Below are positions 11,255 through 21,003 of a stretch of DNA of 64,000 nt, in pieces. This DNA is from Candidatus Multivoradales bacterium. GTDB lineage: Bacteria; Acidobacteriota; Thermoanaerobaculia; Multivoradales; Multivoraceae. Under the pieces are notes generated by a model. The model searched no databases. It saw only the letters and a list, made by a program, of their open reading frames with translations, and was not told the origin of the DNA. The stretch is taken from positions 1,536,001-1,600,000 of the forward strand of contig CBDCWI010000002.1 in assembly GCA_965223325.1 (NCBI GenBank). The letters run 5' to 3'. How positions within the stretch are numbered: the stretch's first letter is position 1; every line of letters begins with the position of its first letter. The translations under genes were made by a program, and so were the position numbers.

Positions 11255-11544
11255 AGGCCTCTCACTCCTGCTCGGCTACCGAGCACCATGGGTTGTCAGA
11301 GATGGGCGAACCGCAACATATGCATGAATGCCCAACTCTACACAGAGGGGCCCGTTTCTCGAAGGTGATTCAAGGTTTTTCAGGCAATGAAATGTGACAG
11401 GACGCAGGAGTCGTTGCCCTGCAAACACTTGCGGCATCGACAGGGGCAAGAACAAGTGCCCCGCACCAGCAAGAAGCGCTGAGAGGCGGCGCGAGGGGTT
11501 CAAAGGACTCGGCTGCGGCTCTTGGCGCGAGCGTCGTACCGCTC

Positions 11545-12462
11545 TCAGCCGTGCCGCAGAAACGTACCGCGCTCGAGCTCCTCGAAGGCATGCCGCAACT
11601 CGGACTGCGTGTTCATCACGATCGGTCCCCGCCAGGCCACCGGCTCGCGCAGCGGTCGCCCCGCAACCAGGAGGAAACGCATACCTTCCTCCCCAGCGTC
11701 GACGACCACCTCGTCACCGCGATCGAAGAGGACCAATGTGCGATCAGCCGCCACCTGCGCCGCGGGGTCGAGAGGACCGGGGACGGAGCCACCAAGACGT
11801 TCGGTAGGAATGGCCAAGGGTTCAGAAGCATTGGCGAAGCGGCCGTCGCCGGCGATCACGTAGGCGAAGGCCTGGCGCGACGTCTCCACCGGCAGGCGCT
11901 TCCTCGACCGCGGAGGCACCGACACGTCGATGTAGAGAGGATCGGCAGCGATTCCGTCGACGGGCCCCTGCTGGCCCCAGAACTCGCCACAGATGACGCG
12001 CGCGACGGTTCCGTCGTCGTCGGTTTGGCGCGGAATGTCACCCTGCTTGATCTCCTGATAGCGCGGGCCGGTCATCTTGAGCGCCGACGGCAGGTTGGCC
12101 CAGAGTTGGAGACCGTGCATACGGCCCGCTGCATCTCCCTGTGGCATTTCCTGATGCACGATGCCAGAACCAGCCGTCATCCACTGCACGTCGCCACCTT
12201 CGATGGTGCCGCGGTTCCCGAGACTGTCGGCGTGCTCGACCGAGCCCGCCAACACATAGGTAATGGTCTCGATGCCGCGATGCGGGTGCCAGGGGAAACC
12301 GGCCTGATAGTCCTCCGGACGATCGTTGCGAAAGTCGTCGAGCAACAGGAACGGATCACAGGCGTCGGGATCCCCGAAGCCAAAGGCACGGTCGAGACGG
12401 ACTCCGGCACCCTCGATCGTAGGCTTCGCTTGACTGATCTGCTTGACGGGTCGAATCGACAT
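11545..12462 (-). CDS. Pirin-family protein
   Basis: DPFLLLD, GFPWHPHRGIETITY, WMTAGSGIVHQE and GPIVMNT motifs. Confidence 0.95.
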   Translation of the reverse strand: MSIRPVKQISQAKPTIEGAGVRLDRAFGFGDPDACDPFLLLDDFRNDRPEDYQAGFPWHPHRGIETITYVLAGSVEHADSLGNRGTIEGGDVQWMTAGSGIVHQEMPQGDAAGRMHGLQLWANLPSALKMTGPRYQEIKQGDIPRQTDDDGTVARVICGEFWGQQGPVDGIAADPLYIDVSVPPRSRKRLPVETSRQAFAYVIAGDGRFANASEPLAIPTERLGGSVPGPLDPAAQVAADRTLVLFDRGDEVVVDAGEEGMRFLLVAGRPLREPVAWRGPIVMNTQSELRHAFEELERGTFLRHG

Positions 12463-12488
12463 GACGTTCTCCTCAGGTTGGATCTGAG

Positions 12489-12511
12489 ATTATAGTTGTA
12501 ATAACAATAAT
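12489..12511. promoter_or_regulatory. Probable MarR operator
   Basis: AT-rich imperfect palindrome ATTATAGTT-N5-AACAATAAT between divergent pirin and marR genes. Confidence 0.6.
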
Positions 12512-12610
12512 TCTCAACACAATCATTGCGATGAGGAAGGAACTGCCCTATTCTCTGGGCGCAGCGTTCACCGTCTCGGCTCCACCTGTAGTCTCCTCTG
12601 ACCAACCGCT

Positions 12611-13069
12611 ATGACTCGATCCCAAACTGGCATGGAGGCCTGGAACCTCCTGCTTCGCACCTACAAAGAAGTCACCGAGAAGCTCAAGCAGGAGCTGTAC
12701 GAGCAGCACGACCTCAAGCTGAGCTGGTTCGACGTGCTCACCCAACTGCGCCTGGCGGGCGGTCGCCTGCGCATGACCGAGCTCGCCGACTCTGTGCTCA
12801 TCAGCACCAGCGGCCTGACCCGCCTCCTCGATCGCATGGAAGAGGACGGCCTGATCGAGCGCACGCCGTGTCCCGACGACCGGCGCGGCCAATGGGCTGT
12901 CCTCTCGCCCGCCGGAAGACGTCGCGCTCGGGAAGCCTGGCCCACGCACAGGCGCGGAATCGACGAACTCTTCCTCGACCACCTGACGAAGCGCGAAGTC
13001 GAAGTCATGAGAAGCGCCCTCTCAAAAGTGCTGGAGGACTCCTCTTCAGCAACCGCATCACGCTCCTGA
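12611..13069 (+). CDS. MarR-family transcriptional regulator
   Basis: Winged HTH: LRMTELA..SGLTRLLDRME..GLIER..DDRRG. Confidence 0.92.
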   Translation: MTRSQTGMEAWNLLLRTYKEVTEKLKQELYEQHDLKLSWFDVLTQLRLAGGRLRMTELADSVLISTSGLTRLLDRMEEDGLIERTPCPDDRRGQWAVLSPAGRRRAREAWPTHRRGIDELFLDHLTKREVEVMRSALSKVLEDSSSATASRS

Positions 13070-13079
13070 AACGAACACC

Positions 13080-13958
13080 GTGACCGCCCAAAGCCCCCTA
13101 TCGGAAAACGCTGCGACGCTCCCGGTCACGGCAGTCGTACCGGTGCGCAACCGCCTCACAATGCTCCAGCGCGCGCTCTCCTCGATCGCCCGACAGACTG
13201 CTCTGCCCGAGGAGGTCATCGTCGTCGACGACGGCTCGACGGTCGACCTCGAGCCCGTGGTCCGTTCCTTCGCCGCCGAGCTGCGCACCGTCCTCTTGCG
13301 CCAGGAGAATCGCGGCCCCTCGGCAGCTCGCAATCTCGGCATTCGCTTGGCGACCCAACCGTGGATCGCCTTCCTCGACTCGGACGACGAGTGGCAGCCC
13401 GACAAGCTCAGGCGCCAGTTCGAAGCCTTGTCTTCTGAGCCGAGGCGGTTCTGCCACTGCGACGAGATCTGGCTGCGCAGCGGCGAGCCGGTCAGCAAGC
13501 GTGCGCACCATCGCTGGGGGTTTCGAGAACCCTTTGCGCATTCGCTCGAGCGCTGTGTCATCGCCCCGTCGACCGTCGTCGCCGAACGCTCTCTGCTTCT
13601 CGAAGTCGGACTCTTCGACGAGGGTCTACCTGCGTGCGAAGACTACGACCTGTGGCTGCGCATCCTGGTCCGCCAGGAGGTGCTCTACGTCGACGAGACG
13701 CTGGTCATCCGGCACGCCGGACACGCCGATCAGCTCTCGAGCACTATCGGTGGCCTCGACCGCTTCCGGGTCCGCGCACTCGAGAAGCTGCTCGACCCGC
13801 AACAGGTCGACGCCCAGCTTCTCGACTCCAGCCGGCGTGCACAGGTCACCCGGGAGCTCGAGCGCAAGCAGAGAATCGTAGAAGCCGGAGCGGCACGCCG
13901 CAGTGCACGCGCTCCGTCTTCAGGTTCCGAGCTCGACTCTCTTGGACTCGGCCAATGA
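13080..13958 (+). CDS. Glycosyltransferase family 2
   Basis: VVDDGS, GPSAARN, AFLDSDD and CEDYDLWLR motifs. Confidence 0.92.
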   Translation: MTAQSPLSENAATLPVTAVVPVRNRLTMLQRALSSIARQTALPEEVIVVDDGSTVDLEPVVRSFAAELRTVLLRQENRGPSAARNLGIRLATQPWIAFLDSDDEWQPDKLRRQFEALSSEPRRFCHCDEIWLRSGEPVSKRAHHRWGFREPFAHSLERCVIAPSTVVAERSLLLEVGLFDEGLPACEDYDLWLRILVRQEVLYVDETLVIRHAGHADQLSSTIGGLDRFRVRALEKLLDPQQVDAQLLDSSRRAQVTRELERKQRIVEAGAARRSARAPSSGSELDSLGLGQ

Positions 13959-14851
13959 CCGGCGCCTGTTCTCCGCACCTTCACATCACCGTCGCCCTGC
14001 GCTCGGAGGCGCGCCCCCTGGTGCGTGTCTTCGGCCTCACACCCGTAGCGCAGGCGAGGAGCTTTCCGGTCTGGGGGTCCGCCGACGTGCGCCTGGTCGT
14101 CACCGGCGTTGGCAGAGAACGCGCCGCCGCGGGCGCTGCATTCCTGCAGGGCCTCGGCGGCGACCTGACAGAGCGCGCCTGGCTCAACGTCGGCATCGCC
14201 GGCCACCCCACGCTCGCCGTCGGCGAGGTTCGGGCCGCCGATCGCATCGACTCTCTCGGCGGAGGGGCGCTTGCACCCCGCTCCTTTTATCCGTCGGGGA
14301 TCCTGGGCTCGCCGGTTCCTACCGCTCGCGTGATCACCGTCTCTGACGTCGAAGAGGACTACCCCGACGACGCTCTCTACGAGATGGAAGCCGCGGCGTT
14401 CTGGCAGACGGTGCAACGTTTCACCACCGCCGACCTCATCCAGGTCGTCAAAGTGGTTTCAGACAACAAGACGGAGTCGGTGTACGCCCTCGACGCCCGG
14501 CGCATCGAGGAGCTCATCGTAGGATCCTGCCCTCTCATCCAGGAGATCGCAGTGCGGCTCCTTGAACTGGTTTCCGAGATCGCGCCGCAGCTCCCCTCGC
14601 CCGACCGCATGGCGACCCGCCTCGGGTTCGAACGCGCCAGCGTCACCTCGAAACGTCAGCTCGCGCGGCTCCTCCAACGCGCTCACGCCCTGGGCCTGGG
14701 AGAGGGCGAGGTACTCGAAGCCGCCCGGAGCAGTCGAGGAGGCACCCGTCCCGTCCTCGAGGCACTCGAGCAGCTCCTCGAGAGTCGCACGCAAACGCTC
14801 TACGCCAGCGAGCTGGGAGCTCCCCCTGATGTACCGAAGGGCGGAGCATGA
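13955..14851 (+). CDS. Nucleoside phosphorylase / MTA-SAH nucleosidase-like protein with C-terminal helical extension
   Basis: ALRSEA, TGVG, NVGIAG, YEMEAAAF and KVVSDN motifs; ATGA overlaps at both ends. Confidence 0.78.
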   Translation: MTGACSPHLHITVALRSEARPLVRVFGLTPVAQARSFPVWGSADVRLVVTGVGRERAAAGAAFLQGLGGDLTERAWLNVGIAGHPTLAVGEVRAADRIDSLGGGALAPRSFYPSGILGSPVPTARVITVSDVEEDYPDDALYEMEAAAFWQTVQRFTTADLIQVVKVVSDNKTESVYALDARRIEELIVGSCPLIQEIAVRLLELVSEIAPQLPSPDRMATRLGFERASVTSKRQLARLLQRAHALGLGEGEVLEAARSSRGGTRPVLEALEQLLESRTQTLYASELGAPPDVPKGGA

Positions 14852-15840
14852 TCGATCGCATCTACGTCGAAGACGGGATCGGCGCGCACCCTCGAACCGC
14901 CGCGATCCAGAACGCTCTGCCGCACGCGAAGCGCATCGCCTGCAACCGCTACGGCGAGATCTTCAACCGCCGGCGACAGAGTTTCCGCTTGCAGAAGCAG
15001 AATCCGGCGCTCATCCTGGCAGAGAAGAAGGAACGACGCGTCCTCCCGACGCCTCCCGACTACGGCATCGGCGGCGCGCGAAACTTCTACTTCTCGCACA
15101 TGCTCAACTGCATCTACGACTGTCGCTACTGTTTTCTCCAGGGCATGTTGCGCTCGGCCCACTTCGTCCTCTTCGTCAACTACGAAGACTTCGCACTTGA
15201 CCTCGACAACACCCTCTCCCTGCACGCCGACGAAGACTGCTACTTCTTTTCGGGCTACGACTGCGACAGCCTGGCGCTCGAAGGCCTGAGCGGCTTCGCT
15301 CGCTTCTTCCTGCCCTTCTTCGCCGAACGACCGCGCGCAGTGCTCGAGCTGCGTACCAAGAGCGTGCAGATCGAGAGCCTGCTGGCCCATCCGCCGCTCC
15401 CGAACGTAGTGGTCGCCTGGAGTGTCTCACCCGACCCGATCCAGCGCGCTCTCGAGCACAAGACGCCAACGCTCGAACGCCGGTTGGCCGCCGCGAAGAA
15501 GCTCCAAGACGCCGGCTGGCCGATCGGCCTGCGCTTTGACCCGCTCATCTACAGCCAGGACGCCCAGGAAGAGTTCGCTCAGCTTCTCGATGCGACCAGT
15601 GCGGCACTCGACTTCGATCGCCTGCACTCGGTAAGCCTCGGAGTCTTCCGCCTCCCGCGCGATTTCCACCGACGGCTGGTACGCCTCTACCCGGAGTCGC
15701 CCATGCTGGCCGCCCCGACCGAACAGCAGAATGGCATGGTCACCTATCGAGAAGAGCTGCGAGAGGCACTCTTCGATGGTTGCCGCGACCAACTCCTCGA
15801 GCGAGTCGCCGCCGATCGCTACTACCCTTGCCTGAGTTGA
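14848..15840 (+). CDS. Spore photoproduct lyase-like radical SAM protein
   Basis: CIYDCRYCFLQG (CxxxCxxC), DSLALE, ELRTKS, EHKTP..RL and RFDP motifs. Confidence 0.88.
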   Translation: MIDRIYVEDGIGAHPRTAAIQNALPHAKRIACNRYGEIFNRRRQSFRLQKQNPALILAEKKERRVLPTPPDYGIGGARNFYFSHMLNCIYDCRYCFLQGMLRSAHFVLFVNYEDFALDLDNTLSLHADEDCYFFSGYDCDSLALEGLSGFARFFLPFFAERPRAVLELRTKSVQIESLLAHPPLPNVVVAWSVSPDPIQRALEHKTPTLERRLAAAKKLQDAGWPIGLRFDPLIYSQDAQEEFAQLLDATSAALDFDRLHSVSLGVFRLPRDFHRRLVRLYPESPMLAAPTEQQNGMVTYREELREALFDGCRDQLLERVAADRYYPCLS

Positions 15841-15848
15841 ACGGCACG

Positions 15849-16616
15849 ATGTCAGACCACTCCCAGAAGCCTCGAACAGGCGAAAGCACCTTGATGACCG
15901 GCGCGAGTTCTGGAATCGGTCGAGCGATCGCCGAGCGACTGTTGTCGGAGGGGCGAAACGTGGTGAGCCTGGGGCGGCGGCGCCCGGAGCCGGCAGGCGA
16001 GGGAGAGCTCACCTGGTTCGAGCTCGACTTGAGCGACACCGTTCGAATGCCCCAACGGCTGGCCACGATTCAGCAGGCTCTGCGTGAAACGCACACTGGG
16101 AGCCCAATCGATCAGTTCATCTTCTGCGCCGGGCGCGGTCGCTTCGGCGCGCTCGAAGAGTTCTCCTTCGCGCAGATTCACGAGTTGATCGACCTCAACT
16201 TCACCAGCACGGCATTCCTGGTGCGTGCCTTTATGCCCGAGATCAAAGCCGCCGGCGACCGTGCACGGGTGGTGTTTCTGGGCTCGGAAGCCGGTATCGA
16301 AGGTCGCAAGCGAGCGACCCTCTATGCCGCGTCGAAGTTCGCGCTGCGCGGCTTCGCTCAGGCCCTGCGTCAAGACCTCTCGTCGAGCGGCGCCGCGGTC
16401 AGCCTCATCCAACCCGGTCTGGTGCGCACACCGTTCTACGACGAGCTCGGCTTCGAGCCCGGCGCCGCGGCCGACGAGGCCCTGGAGGCCACAGACGTAG
16501 CCGAAGCAGTGTGCCTGGCTCTCCGAGCGCGCGCCGGCACGGTCGTTGAGGAGGTTACGCTCCGACCGCTCAAGAACGTGGTCCGCAAGCGGCGCCCGGG
16601 AACCGAAGCCTCCTGA
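15849..16616 (+). CDS. SDR-family oxidoreductase
   Basis: TGASSGIG, YAASK and PGLVRT motifs. Confidence 0.92.
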   Translation: MSDHSQKPRTGESTLMTGASSGIGRAIAERLLSEGRNVVSLGRRRPEPAGEGELTWFELDLSDTVRMPQRLATIQQALRETHTGSPIDQFIFCAGRGRFGALEEFSFAQIHELIDLNFTSTAFLVRAFMPEIKAAGDRARVVFLGSEAGIEGRKRATLYAASKFALRGFAQALRQDLSSSGAAVSLIQPGLVRTPFYDELGFEPGAAADEALEATDVAEAVCLALRARAGTVVEEVTLRPLKNVVRKRRPGTEAS

Positions 16617-16620
16617 CCCG

Positions 16621-19335
16621 CTACGCGGTTTCGCGGTATGCGGTTCGGCTGCGCAACCCGGCCCATAGCGAAAGGAGCCCGAGCGCCAGAACCGCCGCCC
16701 CCGGCCAGCTCCCTTGGGCTTGCAACCAGACGGGCCCGCGACGAGCCGAGGCGGCCGCCAGCGGTACGACGCGCTCACCGTTGCCGACCAGAACGAACGC
16801 TGCCCACACTCCCATCGGCCGGCTCGGATCACCGCGCCACTGCCGCTTGGTCGAGAGCAACGCCGACCCGACGGTCTCGCCCCGCGCAAGACGCTCATAA
16901 ACCTCGCCCATGAAGTCGGCGGTCGATCGATCGTCGATTCGCCAGCGACTGGCGATGACGCTGTCGGCCCCCGCCATCTGGAAGGCGTGTGCCAGACCGA
17001 GCAGGCCGCGGCTCTCCCCGCTGGCGCTATCCCCCGTCTGGCAGGCGGAGAGCACCACCAGCGGACGATCGAGTGTCAGCCGCGAGATCTCGCGCGCCTG
17101 CAGGAGACCGTCCTCGAGCGGCTCGGGCGACGGCGCGAGAAGGAGCGCCGAGCGCTCTGGCCGCCGTACCGAAGCCAGACCATGGGTTGCGAAATGGAGG
17201 ACATCAAAGCGACGCAGGTCCTGGCGCTTCAGCCAGCTCTCCGAAGCCTCGCGACCGGTTCGCACCACACTCCCCTCTGCTGCAAAGCCAGACAGCGCGT
17301 CGACTTCGCGCGCGGTTCCCGGGAGGTGCGCCAGCGCCACTCCTTCGTCCTCGAAACTCGCGAGGTAGACGCCGTCGTCCCACGGCATCGCGACCGACGG
17401 TCCCTCGCCGTCCTCGGACCGGCCGGCAAGCAGGAGAAGCTTCGCGGACTCGCTTTCGGCTTGCGGGTGATGGTCAGCCTCATGACGCTCGACCAGGTTC
17501 GAAAGCGACACGTCGTGCACCACCATGTGAGTCTCGAGCAGCGGCCGGGGGTCTGCGCGGCGATCGCGTGTCCGGGGCGAGAGGATCTCGACCGGAAGCT
17601 CTGTCAACGCTCCACTAGCCAGCACGCGCAGGCGAGAGTACGAGCCCAACCGATCGCCCACGCTCCCGAACACCAGGTCTGCGAGTCCCACCGACGTCGC
17701 CTCCGCCGCCTCGCGACGGTCAGACTCGATGTGTTGTACCAGCAGTTGAATCCTCCGTGCGAGATCGTCACACGGCCGTTCGGCGACGTCAGAGTTCGCA
17801 CCCCCGCGGCCCAGGGCAATCACGATGCGGCGGTCGTCGGCGCAGTGTAGGCGGAGCAGAAGCTCGCCCGGGGCCAGCGCGTCGAGAACCCGACTGATTG
17901 CCGCCTGAGAGCGCGCGAGCTCTCGACTGTTCGCGCCCTCGTCGACCTCGGAGGTCGAGAAGAAGTCGGTCGCACCGACAGTAGACTCGATGAGCGGCAG
18001 GTCGAGCTCGAGTCGCTCGAGGACCCACAACAGCAGGTTGCGGTCCTCGCGCGGCAACGCCGGATCGGCAAGCCGCGCATGGAGGGCGCTGAGTTCACGC
18101 TTGGTCGCCTCATCGCGCTCGAGGGTGACTCCCTCGTCGTTGCGCAACAGCTGACTCTCGAGCGCCAGCAAGGCCTGCCCGACGTCACCGTCTTGACCGC
18201 GTGCCAGGAGCGCTCTAGCGCGCAGCTCTCCGAGCACCCGAACCTCTCGGTTCAACTCCTGTCGCTCGGCGGCGCCATGAAGGGCCGCTCGGCGTCGACT
18301 GACTTCTGAATCCGCCAGGGAGAGCTGGGTGAGGCTCTCATCGGCGTGCCCGTCTTCGAGCGCCACTCGGGCCAACCAGGCACGTGCCCGCCACCGTAGC
18401 CCCGGGCGCTCTCCCACCGCGAGTGCCCGCGAAACGAGGGCCGACGCGCGCCCCGAGTTTCCTCGCAGGCGCTCCACCGACGCCAGATCGAGCAGGCGAT
18501 GGGCCTCGGGGTCGGTGAGACCGGCAGAACGATAGAAGGCAGCGCTGGCCTCGAGATGCTGTTTAGAGACCGCGAGGTCCGGGACCTTCCCGGGTCGCTG
18601 TTCCATGAGAGCCGCACCCAGGACGGCCTCAATCCAGGCGATCTCGGCAGGACGTCGTGCGGCACGCGCCAGGTCGAGCGCTCTTGCGAGTGCCTCCTGG
18701 CCCTGGCGTGCGTCGCCTGAGAAGGCGTGGTGATTTCCAAGTCGCAACAACGCGTCGATTCGCCCCTGGACCCCACCTGCTCGCTCGGCCTTCTCGAGCA
18801 GGCGTTCGTAGATCTCGCCCGCGAGCCGGTTGGCACCGAGACGTTCATAGGCGGCGGCGAGGTTACCCAGAATGCTGACTTCGAGGTCTTCGTCCCCTGG
18901 ACCGATCTCGTCTAGCGCGGTCTCGAGCAGCCGCATCGACTGATCGAGGTACCCGAGGACTCGCATCGTGATGCCGAGGTCCTTCATCGCGACCAGCGTG
19001 CCGAACCGATCCCGGCGCAGCCGATGGAGGGCGAGCGCCCCGGTGAAAGCCGCCGCGGCACGCGCCTCCTGGTTGAGATAGAAGAGTGCGTTCCCCTTGG
19101 CCTCGAGCGCGGCGGCCTCGACGCGCTGGTCGCCGCCGCTTTCAGCCGCAACCAGCTCGAGCACCGCGTCGGCTTCTGCTAGCGCCTCGCGGTAGCGACC
19201 CTCCGCCTGGAAGGCGCGCGACCGCTCCAGCATCTCGTCGGGTACGGAGCGGGCGGCCAACACCGAAGGCACCGTGCCGAGCAAAAGGAGCAGCGCAAAT
19301 CCCACCGAGTGCGGGATGGAGCGGCAATTGATCAT
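16621..19335 (-). CDS. TPR + CHAT (caspase-clan) protease, exported and C-terminally anchored
   Basis: LHFATHG and LSACQTG dyad; TPRs; signal peptide after MINCRS; C-terminal hydrophobic helix; ATGA overlap with the upstream gene. Confidence 0.88.
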   Translation of the reverse strand: MINCRSIPHSVGFALLLLLGTVPSVLAARSVPDEMLERSRAFQAEGRYREALAEADAVLELVAAESGGDQRVEAAALEAKGNALFYLNQEARAAAAFTGALALHRLRRDRFGTLVAMKDLGITMRVLGYLDQSMRLLETALDEIGPGDEDLEVSILGNLAAAYERLGANRLAGEIYERLLEKAERAGGVQGRIDALLRLGNHHAFSGDARQGQEALARALDLARAARRPAEIAWIEAVLGAALMEQRPGKVPDLAVSKQHLEASAAFYRSAGLTDPEAHRLLDLASVERLRGNSGRASALVSRALAVGERPGLRWRARAWLARVALEDGHADESLTQLSLADSEVSRRRAALHGAAERQELNREVRVLGELRARALLARGQDGDVGQALLALESQLLRNDEGVTLERDEATKRELSALHARLADPALPREDRNLLLWVLERLELDLPLIESTVGATDFFSTSEVDEGANSRELARSQAAISRVLDALAPGELLLRLHCADDRRIVIALGRGGANSDVAERPCDDLARRIQLLVQHIESDRREAAEATSVGLADLVFGSVGDRLGSYSRLRVLASGALTELPVEILSPRTRDRRADPRPLLETHMVVHDVSLSNLVERHEADHHPQAESESAKLLLLAGRSEDGEGPSVAMPWDDGVYLASFEDEGVALAHLPGTAREVDALSGFAAEGSVVRTGREASESWLKRQDLRRFDVLHFATHGLASVRRPERSALLLAPSPEPLEDGLLQAREISRLTLDRPLVVLSACQTGDSASGESRGLLGLAHAFQMAGADSVIASRWRIDDRSTADFMGEVYERLARGETVGSALLSTKRQWRGDPSRPMGVWAAFVLVGNGERVVPLAAASARRGPVWLQAQGSWPGAAVLALGLLSLWAGLRSRTAYRETA

Positions 19336-20048
19336 CGGTGAGGTGATTCCCCAGGTGGCCCGACTGCAGCCGGAAGAAGCGGGGAGACACGTTCGAAGGA
19401 TCCTTCGAACCACAAGTAGCGAAAGAAGTAGGTCTCTCCCTCCACCAGTTGACCCAGCACGGCCGGAGGAACGGTGCGCCACTCGCTCGAGTCGTCGTCA
19501 TGGCTACCCGAGAGTGAACCCCTCTGCTCGCTTTGCCAGACCACATTCGAGGCGCGATCGAAGAGCTCGACACGGAAACTCGAGACGACAGCAGATGGCA
19601 AGGGTCGGACATGTGCGAGGACGAGGTCAGGCGGCGGCAGCGGCGATTTCAGATCGGCAACTCGCAGGGGGTCCTCGGTGGCGCCCCCACGAAGGACGGA
19701 CCGGGCCGTGGGCTCCTGGTGCTTTCTGCTCGGCGAGAGATCCCGCCAGAGGAGCCCTGCGCCAACCGTCAGGAGAACCGCCGCGGCCAGCAAGAGAATC
19801 GAACTGCGCCCCGCCGGCGCGCCCGCTGGCGCGAGCTCATCGGCGGCCACGATCGCATCTTCTTCCGGTGACCACGAGCGTAGCGCCTCGAGGCGCAGCA
19901 TCACTTCCGCACAGTCAGCGCACTCGGCGAGGTGATCGGCGACCTGCTGGCGAACGTCCAGACGCGCGCTGCCCAGAAAGGTATCGGCCAACACCTCGGT
20001 CTCCGGGCAGGAAAGCGGTTGCGTCCTCGTACCGGCTGCCCTCATCAC
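19332..20048 (-). CDS. zf-HC2 anti-sigma factor, membrane-spanning
   Basis: CP...HLAECADC, TM helix LLLAAAVLLTVGAGLLW, extracytoplasmic C-terminus. Confidence 0.82.
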   Translation of the reverse strand: MMRAAGTRTQPLSCPETEVLADTFLGSARLDVRQQVADHLAECADCAEVMLRLEALRSWSPEEDAIVAADELAPAGAPAGRSSILLLAAAVLLTVGAGLLWRDLSPSRKHQEPTARSVLRGGATEDPLRVADLKSPLPPPDLVLAHVRPLPSAVVSSFRVELFDRASNVVWQSEQRGSLSGSHDDDSSEWRTVPPAVLGQLVEGETYFFRYLWFEGSFERVSPLLPAAVGPPGESPHR

Positions 20049-20728
20049 GATCGCTCCGCTTCCGGTTCAGACAGTGAAGTGCGGCGAGACACCTCGGGCT
20101 CTTCGTCGCGCGCCAGAATGTGTCGCAGGTCAGCCAGGCCACGGTAGGCCAGGTTGCGAGCCTTGCCTTCTGTCCAGTCGAGCAGCCGGCCGATCTCCGC
20201 CGGCGAGAAGCCCTGCAAATGGAGCTGCACGGCGCGCCGTCGACCCTCAGACAGTTGGGCCAGCCCGTCCCGAATGCGGCGCGAGATCTCACGTGAGCGC
20301 GCCTGCCGTTCCGGCGTGGCCTGCGGGCTCTCGATTCGGTCGATCAGGCCTGGATCCGATTCGAGCTGGTCCTCGCGGCGGCGGCGGGCGACGCGAATGG
20401 CATCAATCGCAGCGGTCACCCCAACCCGCCGGACGTAGGAAGCAGAGAGCAACCCGCCGCCTCGCTCGTCGAGCGCCGGCGCTGTGTCGGATTGGTGGCG
20501 ACCCAAAAGCCGCTGCACGAGTGCTTTGTGCAAGCGCAGGATCGCATCCTGCTCGATGTCGTCGCGGTCGATGCCATAACTCGCTGGGCAGGTATCACCA
20601 ATCGCCCGCCTCAGGACTCCCTGATAGCGCTCGAGCACCGCTTCGAGCTGCTCGAACGACGCCTCCTCGACCTTCGACTCCGCGGAGTCTGGCGCTGGGT
20701 CCTGGTGGCTGTTGGGTGGAGAAGGCAT
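20045..20728 (-). CDS. ECF sigma-70 factor
   Basis: Region 2 DDIEQDAILRL; region 4 GFSPAEIGRLLDWTEGKARNLAYRG; start uncertain. Confidence 0.88.
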   Translation of the reverse strand: MPSPPNSHQDPAPDSAESKVEEASFEQLEAVLERYQGVLRRAIGDTCPASYGIDRDDIEQDAILRLHKALVQRLLGRHQSDTAPALDERGGGLLSASYVRRVGVTAAIDAIRVARRRREDQLESDPGLIDRIESPQATPERQARSREISRRIRDGLAQLSEGRRRAVQLHLQGFSPAEIGRLLDWTEGKARNLAYRGLADLRHILARDEEPEVSRRTSLSEPEAERS

Positions 20729-21003
20729 TGCTTGGCGGGAACTCACTGGCAGGGACCCGGCACGTCGCGGCTTTCACCTCTCCCATTCTGTAGAGGAACG
20801 TCTCAGAGAGGGGTTTCTTCTCACCGCGCACGCTCGGGCCCGGAAACACAGGCCGAATCTTAAATTTTTGAGGTTTTCGGTGCAATTTCCTAGAAAAGTG
20901 AGAAGGAGGAGAGTTCAAAAACGTGTAATTATAGAGAAACTACGGACTGGGTCTTCCAATCCGAGGTTTCGCAACCTGTGACAACCCAACGAGACCCAAG
21001 ACC

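Noticed and set aside
20750-21003. ECF promoter in the AT-rich divergent gap
   Set aside because: Several AAC-containing candidates but no convincing -35/-10 pair
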